From Escherichia virus TH35: a stretch of 64,000 nucleotides of DNA. Shown here piece by piece: positions 48,674-57,181 of this stretch. Numbering within the stretch: the first letter of the stretch is position 1; each line of letters starts with the position of its first letter. The stretch lies in the sequence record MT446408.1; one strand, 5' to 3'. The position numbers were made by a program, and so were the translations under genes. The notes below the pieces were generated by a model. It was not told the DNA's origin. It did no database searches and was given only the letters and a program-made list of their open reading frames with translations.

Positions 48674-48958
48674 ATGGCTATTCTTAACGTTTCTTCCATC
48701 CGTAACGCTATCGTCGAGAACTACGGCGTAAAACAAATTTTATCCGAAGTCTACGCCGCGAACGTAGACCAAACTATCGAGGCAGGTGGGGTAACGGTCG
48801 CCGAGGCTTTTAAACTTTACGCGGCGCTACCGGAATCGGACCGCGAAGCCTTCGAAGTAAACGTTAACGGATACTTCTTCGAAGCGGTCGAAATCGGTAA
48901 CACCTTACTCGTTATGGGCGAAGAAGAATTTGAGACCTTCTCCCTCGTCGAAGCGTAA
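48674..48958 (+). CDS. Acidic small protein, paralog C (94 aa, net charge about -12)
   Basis: ORF track; RBS AGGAG; own promoter and terminator. Confidence 0.65.
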   Translation: MAILNVSSIRNAIVENYGVKQILSEVYAANVDQTIEAGGVTVAEAFKLYAALPESDREAFEVNVNGYFFEAVEIGNTLLVMGEEEFETFSLVEA

Positions 48959-48972
48959 GAGAGGATTTTTAG

Positions 48973-48998
48973 AGCGTCGTGCGCGACGCTTTAATAAA
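48973..48998 (+). terminator. Terminator hairpin after paralog C
   Basis: AGCGTCGTGCGCGACGCT palindrome followed by TTTAATAAAATTCTTT. Confidence 0.5.
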
Positions 48999-49038
48999 AT
49001 TCTTTCGCGCCTAGCGCCCTAACAAATAGGAGTTTATT

Positions 49039-49665
49039 ATGGTTAGCTTAAATCGTTTCTCGACTAGCGGCGACGTTATCGCAACTAAGACCGCCGACCT
49101 CGTTGCATTTTATAATGCAAATTCCGGTTCGAAGCCGATTAAGAAATTTTCGGACCGCCGGACCGCCGAGGCTCGCGTAATAGCGTTAATCGAGTCCTTA
49201 AACGCGCTCGATGAGCCGTCCAACGAATCGCCCATCCCAGACGCGAAGTCGCGCGAGGAAGTGCCCAGCGATGTAAAAACGCATAAGGCGCGTGCGGTCG
49301 TTAAAAAGTCCGAGCCGACCCAGGAAGAACTCGACGCGATGACCGACGAAGAGTATGAAGCCTTCGTTAAGAGCGGTTTAAACGATAGTGCAAATTGCGT
49401 AGTGCAAAATGGAACTCCTTCCCATCGCCGTTCAAATAGCGAAGGTATTGCGAAAAGTTGGGATAACAAGGAAGTGGCGCAAAAGCGTCTCACGCGTAAC
49501 GGCGTTATGGTCGAGGGTGTAGGCGAGTTCAAATCGGTCCGCGTAGCGTTTGCTGCGCTGGGCTTACCGGATAGCAAGCACATTCGCTTCCGCATGAAGC
49601 TTAAAGAAGCTGGACGATTGAACTTTGAGTTCGGCAACAAGTCCTACACCTTCCAGATCATCTAA
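49039..49665 (+). CDS. Hypothetical protein (208 aa), mosaic composition
   Basis: ORF track; RBS AGGAG; 5' half CpG-rich like the acidic cassette; contains two ATAGTGCAAAT-type motifs at 49385-49410. Confidence 0.6.
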   Translation: MVSLNRFSTSGDVIATKTADLVAFYNANSGSKPIKKFSDRRTAEARVIALIESLNALDEPSNESPIPDAKSREEVPSDVKTHKARAVVKKSEPTQEELDAMTDEEYEAFVKSGLNDSANCVVQNGTPSHRRSNSEGIAKSWDNKEVAQKRLTRNGVMVEGVGEFKSVRVAFAALGLPDSKHIRFRMKLKEAGRLNFEFGNKSYTFQII

Positions 49666-49671
49666 TCGAAT

Positions 49672-49694
49672 GGCGGCCCTTCGGGGTCGCTTTT
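49672..49694 (+). terminator. Rho-independent terminator
   Basis: GCGGCCC-TTCG-GGGTCGC hairpin (one G-U pair) followed by TTTT; followed immediately by ATAGTGCAAAT. Confidence 0.5.
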
Positions 49695-49715
49695 CATAGT
49701 GCAAATTGGTGGCTT

Positions 49716-49979
49716 ATGAATACGCTTATTCTTATCGCTACGTTGTCCATCGGAAGTGGTCGCACCTTATCCCTTTATGATCATAGTGCAAATTGCGCTT
49801 ACCCAACGCGCGTTGCGGTGATAGTTAATAGTGCAAATCGAATGCTATTCGAGACTTGTTGGCGGGTCGATAACGAGAAAGGTCGGGTAGTCTTAGGTTA
49901 TAGTGCAAATCTGCTGGTGGAGTCGTTCGATTGGACGGTTGAAGGCCGTAAATTGTTACGGAAAGTGACTAAAAGATGA
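49716..49979 (+). CDS. Doubtful ORF (87 aa) carrying three ATAGTGCAAAT motif copies
   Basis: ORF track; GGTGG as possible RBS; coding status uncertain. Confidence 0.3.
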   Translation: MNTLILIATLSIGSGRTLSLYDHSANCAYPTRVAVIVNSANRMLFETCWRVDNEKGRVVLGYSANLLVESFDWTVEGRKLLRKVTKR

Positions 49980-50040
49980 CTTATAATAATACACTTTCTA
50001 ACGCGTTTATGGTTGTAACCTTCCCCGTCGTATTACCGAT

Positions 50041-50080
50041 GGCCCTAGAAGTGGAGAAAATGTGTTCTAGGGCCGTTTTA
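50041..50080 (+). terminator. Rho-independent terminator
   Basis: Perfect 10-bp stem GGCCCTAGAA/TTCTAGGGCC followed by GTTTTA, then ATAGTGCAAAT. Confidence 0.55.
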
Positions 50081-50093
50081 TAGTGCAAATTGG

Positions 50094-50582
50094 CTAGTGG
50101 CGGGAGAATTGCTCACCTTCTTTGGCCGCCTCTCCAAAATCCTTGTAGAAATCGTCCATAGAACGGCCCATTTTACTATTGCCGTTTTCATCAATCATCG
50201 TGATGCCGTAGATGATATTCAGTTCACGAATAGCATTAAGCTTGGCTGATGCCGCGACTTCTGGATCACGCACAAGCTTGACCAAATTGTGAATTGCACC
50301 TTTTACGCTCCACAAATCCTTTAGCGGCATTTCTTCCATACGCTTTTTGAAGCGCATTTTGTAGTACGGATTGCGTTGTGCGCAAAGGATTCGCTGGCCA
50401 GTGTAGTTATCCGTTGCAACTTCCATTCCAAATACTAGTGCAAAAGCTGCGCGCATGTCATGGCCCTGAATAACAAGGTCAATGAACTCATCGAATAAGG
50501 CCTGATTGTGCTCTGCAAATCGCGGGTCTTCAAAGTCTTCAGGCATCGCTACATAGTCTTGACTCATAGTGCAAAATCCCAT
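50094..50582 (-). CDS. Hypothetical protein (162 aa); motif copies overlap both gene ends
   Basis: ORF track; start codon overlaps an ATAGTGCAAAAT copy; no clear RBS; function not assigned. Confidence 0.55.
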   Translation of the reverse strand: MGFCTMSQDYVAMPEDFEDPRFAEHNQALFDEFIDLVIQGHDMRAAFALVFGMEVATDNYTGQRILCAQRNPYYKMRFKKRMEEMPLKDLWSVKGAIHNLVKLVRDPEVAASAKLNAIRELNIIYGITMIDENGNSKMGRSMDDFYKDFGEAAKEGEQFSRH

Positions 50583-50714
50583 AGTGCAAATTAATAGTGT
50601 GAATTATACAATGGATGAACATTATATTCAAGTGCAGATTGATGTTCATTATGGCTATAAACGTACACAAATCATATTGCGGAATGAATAGCGGACCGTG
50701 GTGCGTGGTGTACT

Positions 50715-51130
50715 GTTTGATACGTATAAAAGAAATCCATCCCTTTCGCCGCTTGTTATGCAAATCAATGACTTAGCCGCTGCTGGCTGGTTTAAGCGTA
50801 TCATGACGTATCATCCGTATTGCCGCAAGTCTTTGTTTTTACTTATATCTTACGGATAATACGTATAAATATAAGTTTAGTATAAGTATGAGGATATGAA
50901 AAAAATTAATTTAAATGTTTTTAAAATGGAGTTTATTTATTTTTGGAGTTTTATATATAACGATGCCCAGTTTTATCCGTATCATCCGTAAGATTAATGT
51001 ACAAGCCAGGCGCGGCAAGGGCTGTACACTGATACGGATAAAAAAACATGACGTATCATGACGTAAGGGTGTACCACTTTGGAAAAGAGGAATCCAGGAA
51101 CGGTGCGGCCTGCAGCCATGATACGCTTAA
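50715..51130. repeat. Second iteron-like array (GATACGGAT and GTATCATGACGTA repeats) flanking a ~90-bp AT-rich core
   Basis: Read directly; shares 21-mer ATCCGTATCATCCGTAAGATT with 34774-34794. Confidence 0.6.
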
Positions 51131-51397
51131 ATTTTAGCCGTATTTTAGGCGTATCAAATGTGTGCAAACAACACGTTTCACGACACTAAAATTTCAATCC
51201 ATAGATAATTCCTAACAAACACCACGGACCAATAGACACGATCTATGAAATATATTTCTAAATATTTCCGCACAATTAATAAATAAAACACAACCTCATA
51301 ATTATTCCATCGCAAAACACGACCCAAACGACAAAAGGCCGCATAAAGCGACCCATTGCACACATTCCATTCTTCAAAACACACAAATCAATGTTCT

Positions 51398-51934
51398 TTA
51401 TCCGCTGACCTTCCAGTCACCATTCCTTTTATCACGCTTCTTTAACTCCGTTTTAATGACATTATTATCCACAATAACTCCTAAACGGCGCAATTCACAC
51501 ATGACCTTGTGGCGATATTGTCGAAGCTTTTTGACGTCCATTGTGCTCCTTGAATAAGATAGTACCATAAAAATAATATCATCATTCATTTTGTAACGCA
51601 TACAAGTTTTATAATGCCTTTTGAAAATTGCATTTACGGCATCTGTTTTCAGCAATTCATCCATTAATTCTGGATTCCCTTCACAGACGTTAATGACCCA
51701 TTCATCCCTTGATTTTGCCGCTTTCAATCCCCTTAGAGTTAATAACTCATATAATGCCTTTCTGCACTTAGAGCAATCACCAATTGTCAAACTTGATTCC
51801 ATTTCTTGAGCATCGGTCAACTCTGTATTGCCTTTGTTGAATTTACCGCACAAGCTGATTTGCTCGCCGTTGTCAAAGTAGTGGGCAAGTTTTGAGTATC
51901 GCGGCTTGCCCCATCCTGCAACGTTACCCATCAC
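51398..51934 (-). CDS. Hypothetical early protein (178 aa)
   Basis: ORF track. Confidence 0.55.
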   Translation of the reverse strand: MMGNVAGWGKPRYSKLAHYFDNGEQISLCGKFNKGNTELTDAQEMESSLTIGDCSKCRKALYELLTLRGLKAAKSRDEWVINVCEGNPELMDELLKTDAVNAIFKRHYKTCMRYKMNDDIIFMVLSYSRSTMDVKKLRQYRHKVMCELRRLGVIVDNNVIKTELKKRDKRNGDWKVSG

Positions 51935-52356
51935 CCCTCCTTAACGACCCGATAAGCAACAATCTTTGCACCAGTCGGGCTTGTGACTTTATCCCATGTC
52001 AAACTATCCGAAGGAACGGCCTCTTTTGATTTATAACCGTTGAGTAATTCAAACTCAACCATCTTCCCAGGCACCGGATTCGCGCCACCAAACCACACGA
52101 TCCACATTTCCTCCTTCGGCGCATCATCATCCACGCCTATAGTAGCAACAACGTCATGCAACTGCTTAACAAGCGCTGACGCATCACGGACCTGTGAGCG
52201 TAATGCGACCAACTCGCGTTGCGCTTCACTATATTTCGCTTCCAGCGCGGCATAGTCCTCATATGCAACAAAACGTCCTTCGTGACTTTCTGGAACAGGA
52301 GTGATGTCGAAATCTTCTGTCGCCACATCGTATGTCAGGTCATAACGTTGTATCAT
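51931..52356 (-). CDS. Hypothetical protein (141 aa) with C-terminal domain shared with 53240-53749
   Basis: ORF track; shared W..W.GG.NPVPGK ... Y.VV.E pattern. Confidence 0.55.
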   Translation of the reverse strand: MIQRYDLTYDVATEDFDITPVPESHEGRFVAYEDYAALEAKYSEAQRELVALRSQVRDASALVKQLHDVVATIGVDDDAPKEEMWIVWFGGANPVPGKMVEFELLNGYKSKEAVPSDSLTWDKVTSPTGAKIVAYRVVKEG

Positions 52357-52573
52357 TTAACTTCTCCAAAATTTCAATAGCGATTTGCGTTTTCTTCTCA
52401 AGAGCTAGACGCAGCATATCAATTTGCAAGTCACGATGGGCCAGTTCAGCGGCAATGTCCGACTTGCTGTAAAGACCTTCATGCGTCATGGCATAGATGT
52501 GGCGCGTATAATAGCCGCCCTCGTCGAGTTGCTCGATGTCACGCTGCCCGACTGCGTATTGTTTATCGGTCAT
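52340..52573 (-). CDS. Hypothetical protein (77 aa)
   Basis: ORF track. Confidence 0.5.
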   Translation of the reverse strand: MTDKQYAVGQRDIEQLDEGGYYTRHIYAMTHEGLYSKSDIAAELAHRDLQIDMLRLALEKKTQIAIEILEKLNDTTL

Positions 52574-52902
52574 GATGCATCCTTAGTTGGATAGAATTTA
52601 GGGTTGTTCTTATAGAACGCCTTGAGCCATGCCTTTGCTTCAGCAATGCTGCTGAACTCTTCTTTGGAGAGTCCGGTGCGGTCCTCACCTGCGACCTTGA
52701 AATGGATGCGCACCTTGAGCCGAAGGTTGGTTGCTCTCGCGTAGTGGCCTTCATAGCCGTCATGATTAAGACTTACTATCGCGGCGAGCATCTCGCAGTC
52801 TTCTTTATCGGGATTGCCGCTGTAACAAATCGGCCAGCCACGACGTTGGAATGACCTGTATTGGCCTGTCGGCTCAGGGTCCACATACCATTTCAATTTC
52901 AT
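52570..52902 (-). CDS. Hypothetical protein (110 aa)
   Basis: ORF track. Confidence 0.55.
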   Translation of the reverse strand: MKLKWYVDPEPTGQYRSFQRRGWPICYSGNPDKEDCEMLAAIVSLNHDGYEGHYARATNLRLKVRIHFKVAGEDRTGLSKEEFSSIAEAKAWLKAFYKNNPKFYPTKDAS

Positions 52903-53240
52903 TCAACCTTCTCCAATTGGAATCTTGTTTCTGGAAAACCTGCGACAAACATGTCACGGCCCTCGACATCACGCTTCACAAACCAACGCATTCCGCTGAC
53001 TACCGTGAAGACAATTTGCCTTCCATCAATAATAAGTCCTTTTGCCTCATAAAGCAAATAGGTTTGACCGACCTTGAAGCTTGAAAGCTCTTTGCTTGCG
53101 CTGGTGCACTTGAGCCGCCACTGGGTGAGATTGGATTCGCTTGCCTCGATGTCAACAACCTTACCGCGCAGCGGCGATGTGCGCTGAAGCTCTTGCATCT
53201 GCTCGTCGAAAGTTAGCTCACGACCTTCTTGCTCTTCCAT
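52899..53240 (-). CDS. Hypothetical protein (113 aa)
   Basis: ORF track. Confidence 0.55.
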   Translation of the reverse strand: MEEQEGRELTFDEQMQELQRTSPLRGKVVDIEASESNLTQWRLKCTSASKELSSFKVGQTYLLYEAKGLIIDGRQIVFTVVSGMRWFVKRDVEGRDMFVAGFPETRFQLEKVE

Positions 53241-53749
53241 TATTCCTCCACGACTTTGTATTTGATGACATCGCCGTCGCGGTGGCGCTCAATCTTCTCC
53301 CAGCGCAATTCATTTGATGCAATCGGCTTTGTCGCTGTAGCACCGTCGCGCAGCATGTAAAGCACCTTCTTTCCTGGTACTGGATTCAAGTCGCCGCCGT
53401 CCCAATCAATCCAGCCGTCATCTGTCGTTGACTTCTCCTTTAAGTGGTCGTACTTCTCACCGATGTGGGCGATTGGCTGGTTGCTTTTGTAAAAGAATCC
53501 AAGTGCAACGTCGTAGCACGGGTGACTATGAGAAAGGCAAATGTCATCACACCAAAGCTCCATGGTGCGCGACTTAAGAGTCATCATATTAGTATACCAC
53601 TCGATGGTGTAGTGGTCATTAAGGTTGCCGACAATATAGAAGTTGCGACAAAAGTGCGCGGCATCATCCGACTTCTCGCGGCTATAGCTTCTGATTGCGC
53701 CTGCCTTTACAGCCATTTCCAATACTGCTTCGAGTTGTTCGATTTTCAT
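53240..53749 (-). CDS. Hypothetical protein (169 aa) with C-terminal domain shared with 51931-52356
   Basis: ORF track. Confidence 0.55.
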   Translation of the reverse strand: MKIEQLEAVLEMAVKAGAIRSYSREKSDDAAHFCRNFYIVGNLNDHYTIEWYTNMMTLKSRTMELWCDDICLSHSHPCYDVALGFFYKSNQPIAHIGEKYDHLKEKSTTDDGWIDWDGGDLNPVPGKKVLYMLRDGATATKPIASNELRWEKIERHRDGDVIKYKVVEE

Positions 53750-53765
53750 TGTTGTCTTCTCCTAT

Positions 53766-53930
53766 TTATTTGATGGATGTTGTGTAAGAATATACCTTCT
53801 TGCGACGCTTTGCCTTGTAAAGACAACGGTCGCCGCTGCGGTTGTAGATGTTAAGCCAGGTACGCTTGCTAATCTTGTACGGCACATGCGGCTTTATGAA
53901 TAGTAAACGGGCTTTAAGGTTGGATGTCAT
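53766..53930 (-). CDS. Small basic protein (54 aa), not in ORF track
   Basis: ATG 53930 to TAA; hand translation MTSNLKARLLFIKPHVPYKISKRTWLNIYNRSGDRCLYKAKRRKKVYSYTTSIK; RBS weak. Confidence 0.3.
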   Translation of the reverse strand: MTSNLKARLLFIKPHVPYKISKRTWLNIYNRSGDRCLYKAKRRKKVYSYTTSIK

Positions 53931-54225
53931 AATAGTATTTTCCTTCTCTCATATTCTTTTTAATTCCTTGTAATGCCTCGCGCCCCTTCTTTGTCATCAC
54001 CACAAATGAATATAGTCTTGGGTCTTTTTCTCCTTGAACCGCCCAATCAACAAGCCCAAGGCGAAACAAAACAGGGATTGATGGTGCATTGACGTCATAA
54101 AACGGCGATGGGCGCTTCTCATGAGCCTTCTTGCAATCGCCACGCAACATATATCGCGTCCCGTCTTCCATACGGTATAATGTTTGGACTTGTGCTAAAC
54201 TTAGTTTCATTGCTGTCTTCTCCAA
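53914..54225 (-). CDS. Hypothetical protein (103 aa)
   Basis: ORF track. Confidence 0.5.
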   Translation of the reverse strand: MEKTAMKLSLAQVQTLYRMEDGTRYMLRGDCKKAHEKRPSPFYDVNAPSIPVLFRLGLVDWAVQGEKDPRLYSFVVMTKKGREALQGIKKNMREGKYYYDIQP

Positions 54226-54392
54226 ACTGCATGTAATGTTTTCTGGTCAAACTTGGACAGCGTTTCACGCTCCGAAGCCTTAAGGAAGCGCGTGCCAAAG
54301 AACAGCATGCCTTGCGGCGTTTTAACGAGAGACACGCCTTTGTTACGGTAAAAGCTTACCATTGCTGAAGCGTTATGGACTTCGGTACTCAT
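54207..54392 (-). CDS. Hypothetical protein (61 aa)
   Basis: ORF track. Confidence 0.4.
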   Translation of the reverse strand: MSTEVHNASAMVSFYRNKGVSLVKTPQGMLFFGTRFLKASERETLSKFDQKTLHAVWRRQQ

Positions 54393-54694
54393 AAATTCCC
54401 TCCAAACGTTGCAACACGGATGGCGCGACGCTCAAATGCCAACATAGGATTAAGGCCGTCGGCACAAGTGATGAATGCATCATCAGCGACAAGGTCGTAA
54501 CCGCCGACGCAAAGAATAAATGTATCATCACTATTCTTTAATAGCATGATTGCCGCTACACCGTCCTTTTTATTCTTAAAGAAGAATACTGGCTCACCGC
54601 CTTCTTGAGTCTCCTTGAACTCTTTAATGGCACCACAGTTCACGGCTTCTTGCAAAGTGTTCAAAATCTTTTTCTTCATTGCTTCGGTACTCAT
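54389..54694 (-). CDS. Hypothetical protein (101 aa)
   Basis: ORF track. Confidence 0.55.
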   Translation of the reverse strand: MSTEAMKKKILNTLQEAVNCGAIKEFKETQEGGEPVFFFKNKKDGVAAIMLLKNSDDTFILCVGGYDLVADDAFITCADGLNPMLAFERRAIRVATFGGNL

Positions 54695-54993
54695 AGCTCA
54701 CCCTCTTTAAAAACAAATCCGCTGATAACAGATTGATAGTAGTTCACGCCGCGCACCTCTACAACCTTGCACCGATGAGCCTGACCCTTGTATTCTATCC
54801 ACCAGACTTCCATGTCAGGCAAGTTGTTGCGACGCGTCAACCAGCCGTGAAACAGCTTGTATGTTTCGCCGACCTTAAAAGGTTTCAGCGTACCGTAAGA
54901 ATCAACCTTGAATGCGCAGACAACATCTTTGCTGTCTTTGTGTACAGCGTCATGAAATAATCCGCTTCTGCCAAACCTTTCGTCGTAACTCAT
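54691..54993 (-). CDS. Hypothetical protein (100 aa)
   Basis: ORF track 54691-55053; start moved to internal ATG 54993 with RBS AGGAGA. Confidence 0.5.
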   Translation of the reverse strand: MSYDERFGRSGLFHDAVHKDSKDVVCAFKVDSYGTLKPFKVGETYKLFHGWLTRRNNLPDMEVWWIEYKGQAHRCKVVEVRGVNYYQSVISGFVFKEGEL

Positions 54994-55071
54994 AATCATT
55001 TCTCCTTTGCTTGATGAACTAAGTATAATGCAGGCAAATAAAAAGGCAAGCATTTAGCTCACCTTTTTGAA

Positions 55072-55332
55072 TTAAATATTCTTCGCCTCTTCGTGAAGGC
55101 CGACCGACCTTAGTTTGCGCCGCAAGTAAGCTTTCTTTTCGCTCTCCCGCCCTTTCGGAGTAACGCGCCAGCGTAATGTGTTCTCCAGATTCTTGCGTCG
55201 GTTGTGCTCGTCGAGTAGCTCTACCAGTGCCTTTGCGTCGTCGAGTGTTAACACCACGGGCCGCGACCCATTAACGGCTTGTCGAAGCTTCCGCGCGGCA
55301 ACGGCTAACTTAGTCATCGGACCCTTGTTCAC
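55072..55332 (-). CDS. Hypothetical basic protein (86 aa)
   Basis: ORF track. Confidence 0.55.
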   Translation of the reverse strand: MNKGPMTKLAVAARKLRQAVNGSRPVVLTLDDAKALVELLDEHNRRKNLENTLRWRVTPKGRESEKKAYLRRKLRSVGLHEEAKNI

Positions 55333-55712
55333 GGCAACTCCTTATTCATCGGTGTGATAGACAACACCTTCACTTCAGTGATGTCACGGTTGTATTCGCG
55401 CTTGATTTGTAGAATCTGAGATTGGATGCGCGCAATAAAGTGCGGCGTGATTCCTTCCTTAACGTTAATCCAAGCCGCAAGCTGAATTGAGTCGATGTCG
55501 CTTCTCAATGTTGTTGGACAGTAAATCGTACTTGGTGCGCCGTAAGAACGTTGCACTTCATAAGCAGAAGCTTTGAATGACACCAAGAACATTCTTTCTT
55601 CAAGTTGGCTTTCGCTATTAGGATTCTTATCACAGTTAGTCATGTGCTGCACAAACTCTTCGTGTGGAAGGTGCATCACATCGTGGCAGTAAGGGCAACG
55701 CTTCATTCTCAT
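55329..55712 (-). CDS. Zinc-ribbon-containing protein, paralog of adjacent gene
   Basis: ORF track 127 aa; N-terminal MRMKRCPYCHDVMHLPHEEFVQHMTNCDKNP. Confidence 0.55.
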   Translation of the reverse strand: MRMKRCPYCHDVMHLPHEEFVQHMTNCDKNPNSESQLEERMFLVSFKASAYEVQRSYGAPSTIYCPTTLRSDIDSIQLAAWINVKEGITPHFIARIQSQILQIKREYNRDITEVKVLSITPMNKELP

Positions 55713-55713
55713 T

Positions 55714-55998
55714 TCACACCTCGTGCAAGAAAGATAAAGATTTAATGCAGACTATTTCTTTGCCAGACACTTCCTTGATTGTATCCAGCAGGCTTTCATA
55801 CGCCTTTTTGGTGATCACCATTTCTTTCGTAGTGACGATGCCTGTTGCGCCTGAGCCGTCTTCTGCTTCCGCATGATAATGATAATAGTAACGTGTCGAG
55901 TTTTCAGGATTAGCATCACAAACGTTAACGTGATGTAAATATTCTTCAGCAGTAAGCCGCATCGTGGACAAGCAATGGGGACATCTTTGCATCTTCAT
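55714..55998 (-). CDS. Zinc-ribbon-containing protein, paralog of adjacent gene
   Basis: ORF track 94 aa; N-terminal MKMQRCPHCLSTMRLTAEEYLHHVNVCDANP. Confidence 0.55.
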   Translation of the reverse strand: MKMQRCPHCLSTMRLTAEEYLHHVNVCDANPENSTRYYYHYHAEAEDGSGATGIVTTKEMVITKKAYESLLDTIKEVSGKEIVCIKSLSFLHEV

Positions 55999-56231
55999 TT
56001 TGCATACTCCATAGCATATTGCTGCAGCTTGAATGCAGCATGTTGTAATTGTTTACGACGCTCATTCAATTCTTTCCATTCTTCTTCAGGACAATTTAGA
56101 GAGTATGCCTTGTTTGCAATCTTGATTAGTGATAAATGCGTTTGTTGAAAGCGCGATACCATGCGCAACTCATTACGCTTATTGAATGGCAACTTACCCA
56201 GCGCGGCGTTCATAATTGCACCTCGACACAC
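55995..56231 (-). CDS. Hypothetical protein (78 aa)
   Basis: ORF track. Confidence 0.5.
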   Translation of the reverse strand: MCRGAIMNAALGKLPFNKRNELRMVSRFQQTHLSLIKIANKAYSLNCPEEEWKELNERRKQLQHAAFKLQQYAMEYAK

Positions 56232-56527
56232 GATTCACTAGCCTCGAAGCTCCAGCCTTCCAGACCGACTTCGCCGCAGTAACGCGCCATTGCACGCTCG
56301 TCCAAAAACCAACCGTGATATTGCTCTATATACTTTGGTTTTTCCGAATAACAGTGAATGACTCCGTCGTCATCAATGGCCACGTAACGCGTGCCAGGAG
56401 CGACTGGGACAACAACGTCTGGGTGGGCGATTGGCCAAGGCTTGATGTGTACAGCTGTGTCCAACTTAACGTTTGGCACCCTTGAAAGGTCTTTGTAAGC
56501 ACCCTCGTCCATTCCTAAGTAAATCAT
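56210..56527 (-). CDS. Hypothetical protein (105 aa)
   Basis: ORF track. Confidence 0.55.
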   Translation of the reverse strand: MIYLGMDEGAYKDLSRVPNVKLDTAVHIKPWPIAHPDVVVPVAPGTRYVAIDDDGVIHCYSEKPKYIEQYHGWFLDERAMARYCGEVGLEGWSFEASESCVEVQL

Positions 56528-56612
56528 GATTCACCTCACTTGTTAGTCTTGATGAAAAGAGTATAAGTATTGATAAAAGAAAAGGCAAGCATTTAGCTCA
56601 CCTTTTTGATAT

Positions 56613-56945
56613 TCATTTTACATAGTGGAGTAGGTCAATCTCTATCTGGTCACGCGTCCTTGTTATCTTTGTATCACCCGTCCGGTGAGAGAATCGATAG
56701 ATGGTCAACTCTCCGTCATTTCCTCTATCGAACTTCATGCTGGCTAGTCGACAAGCATATATTGCATTAAGCTTTTCGCCATAAGACAGAAGATTAAAAG
56801 TCAATACTGTGTTGCCCATTCTTGCATTTTCTTTTATGCACTTCTTTAAGAAGTAATAAGAATCAGCAAAAGCATTGGCCTTCTTCCACACTTCTTTTAT
56901 TAATCCACGCTCATGCGCGACGAGTATCTGATCACGGGTCATCAC
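56613..56945 (-). CDS. Hypothetical protein (110 aa)
   Basis: ORF track. Confidence 0.55.
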   Translation of the reverse strand: MMTRDQILVAHERGLIKEVWKKANAFADSYYFLKKCIKENARMGNTVLTFNLLSYGEKLNAIYACRLASMKFDRGNDGELTIYRFSHRTGDTKITRTRDQIEIDLLHYVK

Positions 56946-57181
56946 TGCACCTCTGTTATTCCGGTAATTCGAACGATGACGGTGTCATCCAAATTGAACT
57001 GCTGCCGCGCGACGCGTTTGATGTCGTCCTTAAGGTCAGAAATCAACTCCCTTGTTAACACTGTACGCTCTGAAACGTCATATTGAACGTCAAAGGTATA
57101 CTCGCCATAGAATACCGCGCCATTCGGAAGTTGCACGACATAGAATGCCATATACATAGCGTTGATATAATCTTCCATCAT
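56942..57181 (-). CDS. Hypothetical protein (about 79 aa)
   Basis: ORF track 56942-57292; start moved to internal ATG 57181 to remove overlap with 57178-57525. Confidence 0.45.
   Translation of the reverse strand: MMEDYINAMYMAFYVVQLPNGAVFYGEYTFDVQYDVSERTVLTRELISDLKDDIKRVARQQFNLDDTVIVRITGITEVQ

Larger units (their letters stand above)
49385..50606. repeat. Array of ATAGTGCAAAT motifs (about 11 copies here; two TACTGCAAAT variants at 47124 and 47221)
   Basis: Copies at about 49385, 49400, 49696, 49783, 49828, 49900, 50080, 50435 (variant), 50566, 50581, 50594 (variant), all same orientation, read directly. Confidence 0.6.

Noticed and set aside
50094-50582. Small terminase subunit identity for this gene, with the flanking motif array as a pac site
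   Set aside because: The resemblance is only a vague helical, basic pattern recalled from memory and the gene lies 8.6 kb from the large terminase; kept as hypothetical pending a profile search
49385-50606. Sigma54-type promoter reading of the ATAGTGCAAAT motif
   Set aside because: Neither strand gives the TGGCAC-N5-TTGC spacing of -24/-12 promoters
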